NCBI GenBank assembly: GCA_965205335.1
Contig: OZ242164.1
Span: forward strand, 672,001-736,000
Reading direction: 5' to 3'
DNA length: 64,000 nt
Source: Candidatus Woesearchaeota archaeon
GTDB taxonomy: Archaea > Nanobdellota > Nanobdellia > Woesearchaeales > UBA583
Shown here: positions 29,647 through 38,234 of the stretch, piece by piece
Layout of the letters: each line of letters begins with the position of its first letter
Numbering within the stretch: the stretch's first letter is position 1
Notes under the pieces: generated by a model
Database searches by the model: none
What the model was told of the DNA's origin: nothing
What the model saw: the letters and a program-made list of their open reading frames with translations, nothing else
Made by a program: the position numbers and the translations under genes

Positions 29647-31218
29647 CTATTGATTCTTAGATATTTCATGAAGATACTCCTTAAACAAACTAATCACTTC
29701 ATCTCTTGCATACTCAACAAACTTAATTGAACCAGCATGCTCATGCCCTCCGCCTTCCGCTCCCGTGTGAGGTATCCTCTTATCAATCCACTCACTGCAA
29801 AAATAAGGCACTGAAAAACCCTTAATATCATCAGACACTCTGATAGTTAAAAAAGTTGAACCTGAAGTCATTGTAATTATAGGTTTATCCAACTCCTCCT
29901 CAAACATTAAATGAATCTGATTTGTTGACTTACCAACTGCTGGAAACTGCCCTCTTGAAGTTCCCCTCTCCCCATCAAAATCACACACATAAAAAGGTCC
30001 AAAATCCTCAACCTTTGTATAATGCTTTCCAATCATTCTTGTCTTAGCATACATCCTTTCAACCTCTGGGTACAGCATATCAACAATTGATTCCTGTATC
30101 TGAGGTGTTGCCCCAAACAAATCATCAACAAACTCTCTTGCCTCACTAAACTTAATATAATGAGACTGCAAATAAATAATCTCTCCCAATTTCTCCATAT
30201 ACTCTGTCTTAAACCCATTCTCATTAGCAAGTCTCACATAAGTAACCCTCTCCAACCCTTCCGTATGATCCAAAATAGACGCCATTGCAGGAATCATAAC
30301 AGAATTAGAATTCCTCACACACACAAACCTTGCCATCTCATAACCCAACATTCCAGAACACACATTAGAATCAAACCCTTCCAAATAAGGATTAATATGC
30401 CCATCTACAATATAATCCACTGCAACTTTTCCGTTTTCATCCAATTCTCCCGGATAATGATGATCCAATACAACAATCGGACAATCATACAACTTCACCT
30501 GCTTGTATCCCAAAATATCCTCCTCAGTTGAACCATTATCTGTAATAATAACAAGAGGAGGCTTTGCCCCATTTTTTACCTTATCTCTTAACCAATAAGC
30601 CATATCCTTCTGAGCATCCTCATACTCATAAAAAGGAGCCCTCGAAGGAGCTCTTTTATAATTCTGATACTTCAAATTCTCATCACCAGTAACCTCATCC
30701 ATAAATCCCAAAATTGCTCTCTCCATGCAAATCGCAGAAGAATAGCCATCACAATCTGCATCATGTCTTAAAACAATTGGTCTTCTCTCAACAACTGCTT
30801 TTCTTATAATTGTTGCAACCTGGATAAACCTTGGCTTCAATGCTTCTAATACTGGTGAATTAATTGAGAACTCCATATCCTTTGGCATATACAATCTCTC
30901 ATTTAACCTTTCAAGATGCTCCTTAAATGTTCCCAACTGCTCATCTGTGAGTTTATTCATCTCAATAACTTCACCTTCAACTTTCCCTTGATGCTCATTA
31001 ACCACTGCCTTAACATAAACACAATCACCCACATCTATTTGAGGAAAAGCCCTGACTCCTGGTTTAACAAATGCCTTAAAAGTAAAATTACAAGTTCCAT
31101 CATTTAAAACCATAAGAGTGGGACCTCCTGTTTGTTTAATTACTTCAACTTTAGCCTGAGCCTCAAAAGTATTTTTAATATCCTTCTTAGACAAATCCTT
31201 AAACTGTTTAATATCCAT
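29647..31218 (-). CDS. Archaeal RecJ-like DHH exonuclease with N-terminal OB fold
   Basis: QTGGPT OB fold, HDADCDG, DNGST, DHH, GGGHEHAG. Confidence 0.9.
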   Translation of the reverse strand: MDIKQFKDLSKKDIKNTFEAQAKVEVIKQTGGPTLMVLNDGTCNFTFKAFVKPGVRAFPQIDVGDCVYVKAVVNEHQGKVEGEVIEMNKLTDEQLGTFKEHLERLNERLYMPKDMEFSINSPVLEALKPRFIQVATIIRKAVVERRPIVLRHDADCDGYSSAICMERAILGFMDEVTGDENLKYQNYKRAPSRAPFYEYEDAQKDMAYWLRDKVKNGAKPPLVIITDNGSTEEDILGYKQVKLYDCPIVVLDHHYPGELDENGKVAVDYIVDGHINPYLEGFDSNVCSGMLGYEMARFVCVRNSNSVMIPAMASILDHTEGLERVTYVRLANENGFKTEYMEKLGEIIYLQSHYIKFSEAREFVDDLFGATPQIQESIVDMLYPEVERMYAKTRMIGKHYTKVEDFGPFYVCDFDGERGTSRGQFPAVGKSTNQIHLMFEEELDKPIITMTSGSTFLTIRVSDDIKGFSVPYFCSEWIDKRIPHTGAEGGGHEHAGSIKFVEYARDEVISLFKEYLHEISKNQ

Positions 31219-31355
31219 ATTAAAACTTAATTACAATTAGTTTATAAAGTTTGGCGGATTATATTTAGAATTAAAACATAAAAATCACATTCCAAATTAG
31301 TAACACATACAAAACAGAAATATTTATAAAATTGTAACCCTAAATAATTTTAGAA

Positions 31356-31901
31356 ATGGATTTCTTAGAAGACGTTAAAAAACAAATTAAAGAATATACA
31401 AAAAAATATAATGAGAATGTAAGTTCAATTTTACTTAAACAACTTGAAGAGAAACAAGATTTAAAGAGCAGAAAAAATTACGAAGGACATATCACTGCCA
31501 GTTGCTATGTTTTATCTAAGAATGAGAAAAATATACTTCTTGTTTTTAATAATTACTTCAATATGTTCTTACAACCTGGAGGACATTGTGAAAGTTGTGA
31601 TGATTCCACAATTTCAACAGCGTTTAGAGAATTAAAAGAAGAAACAGGAATTAACAGAAGTTCTTGTGAATTGCTTGATAGCATCCCAATTAGGATAAAT
31701 ACTCACACTGCCCCAGAAAATATCAGGAAAAATGAGAAAGAACACAGACATCATGATTTTGGATATTTGATAAGATTAAAAGAAGAAATCCCAATCAACT
31801 TAGATGTAAATGAAGTAAGTAGTTTTAAATGGGTTCCTATTCAAAACGTAGAAATTGCACCCAAGAACTTTTACGACAGAATAAAATCCCCGTCGTCATA
31901 G
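31356..31901 (+). CDS. NUDIX hydrolase
   Basis: GHITAS, PGGHCE...AFRELKEETG, HHDF. Confidence 0.92.
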   Translation: MDFLEDVKKQIKEYTKKYNENVSSILLKQLEEKQDLKSRKNYEGHITASCYVLSKNEKNILLVFNNYFNMFLQPGGHCESCDDSTISTAFRELKEETGINRSSCELLDSIPIRINTHTAPENIRKNEKEHRHHDFGYLIRLKEEIPINLDVNEVSSFKWVPIQNVEIAPKNFYDRIKSPSS

Positions 31902-31921
31902 ATTGCAAATCAAATATGATT

Positions 31922-32284
31922 TTATTTAAAATAATCATACAATTCTAAAACCCTATTTTTCAAATCCTCACTATCTCTTATCTCCTCTTCTAAAAGTTGC
32001 CTTATTTCTCTATATTTCTTTGCACCAAACCAAAAAGTCATATACTCATAATCTAAAACCGTCTTATCAGAAAGAGAAATCTTGCCATACACAAACCTTG
32101 ACTCCTCAAATCGTAAAAACGGTTCAAACGACAATTCCTTATTAAAAAACTCTAACTCCTTAACATCATCAATACTCATCTTAGACTTTAACCCCACAAT
32201 AATATCTTTTCTTATATTCTTCTTCTCTACAAAGACTATCTTTCTGAAATTTCTCTGCTCAAACAAAAACCCCAAATATCCCAT
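31922..32284 (-). CDS. Hypothetical protein
   Basis: 120-aa ORF with TATA-like element upstream. Confidence 0.55.
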   Translation of the reverse strand: MGYLGFLFEQRNFRKIVFVEKKNIRKDIIVGLKSKMSIDDVKELEFFNKELSFEPFLRFEESRFVYGKISLSDKTVLDYEYMTFWFGAKKYREIRQLLEEEIRDSEDLKNRVLELYDYFK

Positions 32285-32342
32285 AAAATAACTTGTTATA
32301 AAAAAACTTATAAATTAACTCATTTAAGAATTACTTAGGAGG

Positions 32343-32993
32343 ATGAACAAAAAATCCAATGCGCAGTTGCTAAAGGAAATTGAACAAGACATTTTAGATA
32401 ATATGAAATGCCCTCTAAAAGATAATGCAACTAATTTAGTTTTTGGCAAAGGAAACCCCAATGCAAATATAATTTTTATCGGTGAAGCTCCGGGAGAAAA
32501 CGAAGACTTAGAAGGACTTCCATTTGTCGGGCGTGCAGGAGCGCAATTAGACAAACTGCTTAATACCATAAACCTTGGAATTGATGATGTTTACATCGCA
32601 AACATTCTAAAATACAGACCCCCCAAAAACAGAGACCCAACAATTGATGAAATAAAAAGACACACACCATATTTAATCAAACAACTTAAAACTATAAAAC
32701 CCAAAGTTGTTGCAACACTTGGAAATTACTCAACAAAATTTATTCTCTCAGGGTGCAAACCTGACGAAATGAAAAAAATTCAAGGGATAGCGTCACTTCA
32801 CGGAAAACCCAAAAAATTAGTCTTTAACGATATAGAATTTGTAGTTGTTCCAATCTATCATCCTGCGGCAATGTTATACAGACCCCAACTTAAAGAAGAC
32901 TTAGAAAATGATTTTAAAACAATGAAGAAAATAATTGATGGAAAACTAAACATAGAAAGAGCCCAAAAGGACAAAAGTTTGAATGAATCCTAA
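32343..32993 (+). CDS. Family 4 uracil-DNA glycosylase
   Basis: [26 protein letters not shown]. Confidence 0.92.
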   Translation: MNKKSNAQLLKEIEQDILDNMKCPLKDNATNLVFGKGNPNANIIFIGEAPGENEDLEGLPFVGRAGAQLDKLLNTINLGIDDVYIANILKYRPPKNRDPTIDEIKRHTPYLIKQLKTIKPKVVATLGNYSTKFILSGCKPDEMKKIQGIASLHGKPKKLVFNDIEFVVVPIYHPAAMLYRPQLKEDLENDFKTMKKIIDGKLNIERAQKDKSLNES

Positions 32994-32999
32994 ACAAAA

Positions 33000-33575
33000 C
33001 TATAAATTATCCAATTCATAATTTATTATAGTTATTGCCTGAGATGTAAAATAAATCTGCTCCCCTAATGATAACCTATTCACATTCTTTTTAAGATACT
33101 TCTTTGTTTTCTTATCAAACCCATCATAATCTCCAAGTATGAAAACCCCATTTTCCAATTTTTTCTTTTGAATTTTCTTTATATGCTCTCCTGCAAAATC
33201 AAGAATAAACCTCTCCTCATTATTTTCCTCAAACTCCTTTATCAATTCTTCAATTGTCTTAGAATCAACAAATACTCCACCACAAACCTCTTTAATCTGT
33301 CCCTCGCGAGCCTTCCTTAAACACATCTCTATTATCTTTTTAAGATTCTTCTTTGAAATTACATTCTCCTCATCATACTTAATAGTAATATGCCTTGGAG
33401 CATTTGGAGGTCCCATCATAATCAAATGCAACTCAACATCACAACGATAAGTATTTGATGCAAACATCGCTGAAATAATAGAATGAAGAAGAATATCAAT
33501 TCTGCCTGATGCCTTAAGATCTGAGATTTTTGGAGAAGTTGATGCTCTCTGTGAATAAACTATGAACTTTCTCAT
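33000..33575 (-). CDS. trmY: tRNA pseudouridine-54 N1-methyltransferase (SPOUT)
   Basis: GRIDIL, GPP, FILGDYDG, LSLG...TSQAI. Confidence 0.85.
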   Translation of the reverse strand: MRKFIVYSQRASTSPKISDLKASGRIDILLHSIISAMFASNTYRCDVELHLIMMGPPNAPRHITIKYDEENVISKKNLKKIIEMCLRKAREGQIKEVCGGVFVDSKTIEELIKEFEENNEERFILDFAGEHIKKIQKKKLENGVFILGDYDGFDKKTKKYLKKNVNRLSLGEQIYFTSQAITIINYELDNL

Positions 33576-33668
33576 TCTTGCTCCTCTTTCACAACTAGTG
33601 AACTCATTTAAAGTTTTGAATTAATAGTTATTTAAATTGTTTTTCCTATCAAGTTTCATAGATTATCA

Positions 33669-34406
33669 TCATATTTTTCTAATGAAAACTAAAAATGCTG
33701 TATGGTCAATTTCTTTTCTAAAATTTGGTCTTGCAATTCTTCCTGACACTTTCCAATTTCTAAGAACCACCTCAGAAATTTCCTCTAAATACAAATCTTC
33801 CCTACACTCTACTGAATTTGCAATATCAATTATCTGAGTAACAGATGGAACATAACATACTACATAATGCCCTGATTTTAACCCTGATAGATTTTTTTCA
33901 AGTATAATCTGTGGATTTGGCATATCTAAAAATAACATGTCAAAATTCTTTTCCCTATGAATTTTCTCACCTAAATCCAAATTAACAACCTTAATATTTG
34001 AACAATTATTCACTTCAATATTTTTATTTACTATATCACAATAATCTTTTCTGATTTCATACGTGCGAACTTCCTTACAAATTCTTGAAAAAAACAATGT
34101 AGCTCCTCCGCTACCTCCTCCTGCCTCTACAATTATAGAATCCTTTCCAATTCCAGACCTTGCAGCAATATAACCCAAATCCTTAGGAGTTACAATCTGA
34201 GGCCCCCTTTTAATTTTCTTGGATTTGTCATAAGAATTAGCCATAAAACACAACAATTTCCTATCTGTATGAGTTTTAACAATTCCTCCAGAATTTTTTA
34301 ATCCCTCAAATTCTTCTTTTTTCACAACTCCTTCTTTGCAATGAAAATCTCCATCACCATTAAAATAATAGGTATTCCCCTCCTTTAAACTAATTAAAAC
34401 TCTCAT
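33669..34406 (-). CDS. trmI: tRNA m1A58 methyltransferase
   Basis: KRGPQIVTPKD, EAGGGSG, FLDMPNP, RP...HTAFL. Confidence 0.9.
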   Translation of the reverse strand: MRVLISLKEGNTYYFNGDGDFHCKEGVVKKEEFEGLKNSGGIVKTHTDRKLLCFMANSYDKSKKIKRGPQIVTPKDLGYIAARSGIGKDSIIVEAGGGSGGATLFFSRICKEVRTYEIRKDYCDIVNKNIEVNNCSNIKVVNLDLGEKIHREKNFDMLFLDMPNPQIILEKNLSGLKSGHYVVCYVPSVTQIIDIANSVECREDLYLEEISEVVLRNWKVSGRIARPNFRKEIDHTAFLVFIRKI

Positions 34407-34692
34407 TATCAGAATAGAAGATATTAGTAATTATTTATATAATTATTTACAATATAATCTTGAAAATATTTGAGAAGTAAGAATTAATTGCAAACCTATA
34501 TCTTTATTTTTTTGAGGATATATTATTAAAAGTTAAAATATTAGTATCAGAAGAAGTCTGAGTCTAAAAATTCAAACTGGACTATCTTTATATTATAACT
34601 TCCAATATGAAAAAAATCGTCGAATAATCTTTAAATGATGTCCTCTATCATGACCTCTAAAGTGTATCAAATAGACAAATCAGGTTAAATCC

Positions 34693-34706
34693 AAAAAGTT
34701 TATAAA
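34693..34706 (+). promoter_or_regulatory. BRE/TATA promoter of the CRISPR array
   Basis: AAAAAG followed by TTTATAAA (34699-34706), 10 bp before repeat 1. Confidence 0.65.
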
Positions 34707-34716
34707 TATTGGGCGA

Positions 34717-35138
34717 GTTTAATAGAATATACAAATTTCTACTGTTGTAGATTCGGGGTTCATCCTGTGGCTCAGTCGGGAGTTTAATAGAATATACAAA
34801 TTTCTACTGTTGTAGATTTAGCAATTTGACAGCCACAGAGAGAAATAGTTTAATAGAATATACAAATTTCTACTGTTGTAGATGCGAACCGTTGGGATGT
34901 GTTAGGTATTGTTTAATAGAATATACAAATTTCTACTGTTGTAGATTGATAAAATAATCTCATATATTCATTAGTTTAATAGAATATACAAATTTCTACT
35001 GTTGTAGATCCCCCTAAATTACATTTTGGACATGAATTGTTTAATAGAATATACAAATTTCTACTGTTGTAGATCAATGGTCTTGAAGTACCATAACAAT
35101 TAGTTTAATAGAATATACAAATTTCTACTGTTGTAGAT
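34717..35138 (+). CRISPR. Type V-A-like CRISPR array: 7 identical 36-bp repeats, 6 spacers of 27-30 bp
   Basis: Repeat GTTTAATAGAATATACAAATTTCTACTGTTGTAGAT at 34717, 34782, 34848, 34911, 34974, 35039, 35103; the last 19 nt are the Cas12a handle AATTTCTAC-TGTT-GTAGAT. Confidence 0.99.
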
Positions 35139-35157
35139 TCTTAGATATCAAATAATC

Positions 35158-35430
35158 TCAAACAACAACTAAGTCTTCTTCCTCATTCTTTGCATATCCA
35201 AACCTTAAAATCTCACAAGAATTAGACAAACAAAAAATCAACACACTATCACTCTGCTCAAACTTCTTCTCAAACTCTCCTTTTAATCTTGATATGACAA
35301 CTTCCAAAACTCTTTTGCTATTATTAATTTCATACACTGAATACTGCAATCTTCTCCCATATTCCATAATAAACTTAGAAAACTGCGTTCTTAATTTATC
35401 ATCCTTAATATCATAAGCTAAAATTATCAT
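35158..35430 (-). CDS. cas2: CRISPR-associated Cas2
   Basis: ILAYDI..DKLR, GRRLQYSVYE. Confidence 0.96.
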   Translation of the reverse strand: MIILAYDIKDDKLRTQFSKFIMEYGRRLQYSVYEINNSKRVLEVVISRLKGEFEKKFEQSDSVLIFCLSNSCEILRFGYAKNEEEDLVVV

Positions 35431-36401
35431 TTTGGATCCTCCAAAGAAAAAACAGGAAAATCCTTAACATCTCTATCTTTCATTACAGAACGATAATACT
35501 GCTGAACATATAAAAATATCTTCTCTTTATGCTTCAAAATCTCTTTCAAAAAAAACTGTGAATACTTTTTGTTAAACTCTCTTTTAACAAAATATTGTGT
35601 GTTCTTAATTCCAAAATCCACCTCATTAATCTGTTTTAAATTAAACCCTTTCTTAATTTTCCTATCAATAATACACCTGAAAGGTTCAATAATGTCGCAC
35701 ACCAATGATTTTCTCTGATAGAATAACTTATGGTAAAATCCATAGTAAATATCAAAACCATACAATCCCAAGTTCGCCTCAATAAAATTAAACAAATATG
35801 AATATCCAATATCAAATAATAAATTAAAAATATCTTCTCTAACTCTTGGTCTTCTTGCGTTAAAATCTAAATTTTTAAAATAAACTTTGAAAAACAACTT
35901 GGAAGCATTCCCTTCAATACCCAACAATTCATTATTATTTTTGGATTTCTCAATGCTCCCTATGAAAAACTTGACTTTTGCAATAGCTTTCTTCTCTTGA
36001 GGTGTTTTGTATCTTAAAGAGTTCATCAAAGAAAGTTGGTTCATAACTTTGTTCTTGACTATGTGCTTTGAAATTTCAAAATCATTTTTGCTCATGTACT
36101 GTTTCTTACGCAATAAGAAATTCCCTTTATTATCTGGAACTACGCTAAAGTATGGTTTCAGGTTAAAACCTAAAAAGACAATTGGAAAAGCAAATTTTTT
36201 GGCATTTTTTATCAGAACAGAAGTAATGCTAAATTCTCCTACAACAAAAACAACAAAAATCTTATGGCAGGAATGCTGCAATAATGTTTTATTCTCTTCA
36301 TCAATTAACACTAAATTTGAGTTTCTAAATTTTAGTTTTTTTGAATTATCACTCTCTATTAGAAGAATTTGCTTTGTCATAAAATCAGGTCTACTCATCA
36401 T
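35427..36401 (-). CDS. cas1: CRISPR-associated Cas1 (type V-A-associated)
   Basis: MMSRPDF start, LLGIEGNASK.FF, NLLFDIGY, GFYH, SLVCDIIEPFR. Confidence 0.95.
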   Translation of the reverse strand: MMSRPDFMTKQILLIESDNSKKLKFRNSNLVLIDEENKTLLQHSCHKIFVVFVVGEFSITSVLIKNAKKFAFPIVFLGFNLKPYFSVVPDNKGNFLLRKKQYMSKNDFEISKHIVKNKVMNQLSLMNSLRYKTPQEKKAIAKVKFFIGSIEKSKNNNELLGIEGNASKLFFKVYFKNLDFNARRPRVREDIFNLLFDIGYSYLFNFIEANLGLYGFDIYYGFYHKLFYQRKSLVCDIIEPFRCIIDRKIKKGFNLKQINEVDFGIKNTQYFVKREFNKKYSQFFLKEILKHKEKIFLYVQQYYRSVMKDRDVKDFPVFSLEDPK

Positions 36402-36957
36402 TTTTATAATAATCACATAACTCCCTATAAATGCACATTTTACACTTGTTTGGATTTTGTGAAAAACTTTCATCCTCCAAATCAAAATTTTTCATATCAA
36501 AAATAATTTTTTTTAAGTTTTCTTTATCCTCATTTGTTGGCAAATTGATTTCAAATCTTTTATTATCGCTTAGAGAATGGAAACACAAACTATTGATTTT
36601 ATAACCCATTTCAGTTAAGCAAAAATATTGAGCAAAGATTTGCAAAAGGTATCCATCATATATTTTTTTGATTTTCTTTTTTCGTTCAATTAATTGTTTC
36701 TTGTCTAAATCCAGTAAATCTATTTTTCCTGCAATTTCTAATTCATCACTATAAACATCAATTCCCTGAAGAATGGATTTCTTGGAAGAATATTTTGTCT
36801 CATCAATAGTTTTATGTGCATTTCTTCCCTCCTGCTGATAAGAACTATGAAACAAAGTCTCATCATAATCTGAATATAAATTATGAAAATATATACTTCT
36901 TGGACAGAAAGTAAAATCATTCAAATTTGAGATCTTAATGTAATCTTCCACTTTCAA
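36391..36957 (-). CDS. cas4: CRISPR-associated Cas4
   Basis: ISNLNDFTFCPRSIY, GKIDL, IERK, Q..AQ, KCKMCIYRELC Fe-S cysteines. Confidence 0.95.
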   Translation of the reverse strand: MKVEDYIKISNLNDFTFCPRSIYFHNLYSDYDETLFHSSYQQEGRNAHKTIDETKYSSKKSILQGIDVYSDELEIAGKIDLLDLDKKQLIERKKKIKKIYDGYLLQIFAQYFCLTEMGYKINSLCFHSLSDNKRFEINLPTNEDKENLKKIIFDMKNFDLEDESFSQNPNKCKMCIYRELCDYYKNDE

Positions 36958-38134
36958 TTAATCTCTCCACATCTTCATAGTTTTTAATAATTTGCTTATT
37001 CTTCCTCTTTATTCTATCAAATAAATCTCTTTGCTTTTGCGTTAATTCTGAATTGTCATATTTTACTTCAATTAAATATTGTTTTGTCACAAAATCAATT
37101 TCAACCCCATTTTCCAAATAATAATTTATATCCTCAAACGGTTTTCTGTTCTTATGCAGATTTATAAAAACTAAATTCTCAAAGGAGTTTCCTTTCTCAA
37201 AAGGAGATAAGATATTCTTTAAGCCATTATCTATAATGTAAAATTTTTTAGGAGAAGTTATATTTTCATTTCTGCTTCTTGAAGATTTCTCACAAGAGAA
37301 GAACAAATAAGTTTTCTCAAAGTAACTTATATACCTTTTCACTGTTTCTGGCTTTATTTTTAATATATTTGAGAGTTTATTGTATGATGTAGGTTTTCCA
37401 ATTCTTGAACATAGGAGTTTGAATAATTCTTTTATGGTTCTCTCATCTCTTATTTTATAATATAAAATTATATCTTTTTCAATAATGGAATTTACGACTT
37501 CTATTAAATATTGCGGGTCTTGTTCTATTGTATATTGTGGAATTCCTCCTCGTTTTAAGTATTCTTCAAAATATTTTTTGTTTAGACTTTTGTCATATTT
37601 TTGAATGTTTAAGCCTCTAAATTCTAAGAATTCTTTATAATTTAAGGGATACACTTCAATGGTTGTTGTTCTTCCTGTTAGGAATGCTTTTTTATCATCA
37701 AGGTAACTTGCATTTGAGGAAGAGCATAGAACTTTTAAGTTCCAAGAGTCATATAAGTTTTTTAGTTGTTGGTTAAAGTTTTCTAAATAATTAATTTCAT
37801 CAATAAATAAGTAGAAATCTTCATCAAATTTTATATCGTTGATTTCTCTGTATGTGTCGATTATTTCAAAGATAGTTTTGCCTGTGAAAATGATGTTATC
37901 GCAACTTAGGAATAAAATTTTTTGAGGGGATACTCCTTTTTGGTTTATTAAATGGTTTATTGTTTGTTTCATTAGGGTGGTTTTTCCAACTCTTCTCATT
38001 CCTGTCAGAAATAGGATTTCTTTTTTGTTTAGGTTTTCTAAAATTCTTTTGAGGTATTCTTCTCTTATATGTCCTTCTTTGTTAGAATAATTATTCTTCC
38101 AATGAGGGTTGAATCTGATTAATGTTTCTTCCAT
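36935..38134 (-). CDS. AAA+ ATPase of the AAA_14/DUF4143 type with wHTH and C-terminal PD-(D/E)xK-like domain
   Basis: GMRRVGKT, LFIDE, LTGR, GGIP, PKKFY..DNG, FEN, EIDF...IEVK. Confidence 0.9.
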   Translation of the reverse strand: MEETLIRFNPHWKNNYSNKEGHIREEYLKRILENLNKKEILFLTGMRRVGKTTLMKQTINHLINQKGVSPQKILFLSCDNIIFTGKTIFEIIDTYREINDIKFDEDFYLFIDEINYLENFNQQLKNLYDSWNLKVLCSSSNASYLDDKKAFLTGRTTTIEVYPLNYKEFLEFRGLNIQKYDKSLNKKYFEEYLKRGGIPQYTIEQDPQYLIEVVNSIIEKDIILYYKIRDERTIKELFKLLCSRIGKPTSYNKLSNILKIKPETVKRYISYFEKTYLFFSCEKSSRSRNENITSPKKFYIIDNGLKNILSPFEKGNSFENLVFINLHKNRKPFEDINYYLENGVEIDFVTKQYLIEVKYDNSELTQKQRDLFDRIKRKNKQIIKNYEDVERLIESGRLH

Positions 38135-38154
38135 ATAGTTGTATGTATATGATT

Positions 38155-38221
38155 ATTTATAAAGGTGTCGCCCTATAAGGAGATAGTTTTGGTTAAAAGT
38201 GTCGCCCTATAAGGAGATAGT
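38155..38221 (-). promoter_or_regulatory. Internal promoter with two 23-bp direct repeats upstream of the ATPase
   Basis: TTTATAAA about 29 bp before ATG 38134; GTGTCGCCCTATAAGGAGATAGT at 38165-38187 and 38199-38221 (34-bp period). Confidence 0.75.
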
Positions 38222-38234
38222 CTGGAAGTGTCAG

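Noticed and set aside
33000-34406. tRNA T-arm methyltransferases trmY/trmI next to a possibly tRNA-cleaving CRISPR system
   Set aside because: Core housekeeping genes with host-like composition; adjacency is most simply the island's insertion site
34753-34781. Spacer 1 (TCGGGGTTCATCCTGTGGCTCAGTCGGGA) resembles a tRNA D-arm or the 16S rRNA 5' end
   Set aside because: Only short, gapped similarity, and same-sense to such RNAs so it could not pair with them; needs BLAST
38165-38221. 23-bp repeats as a mini-array or tracrRNA
   Set aside because: No similarity or complementarity to the 36-bp CRISPR repeat; the gap is only 11 bp
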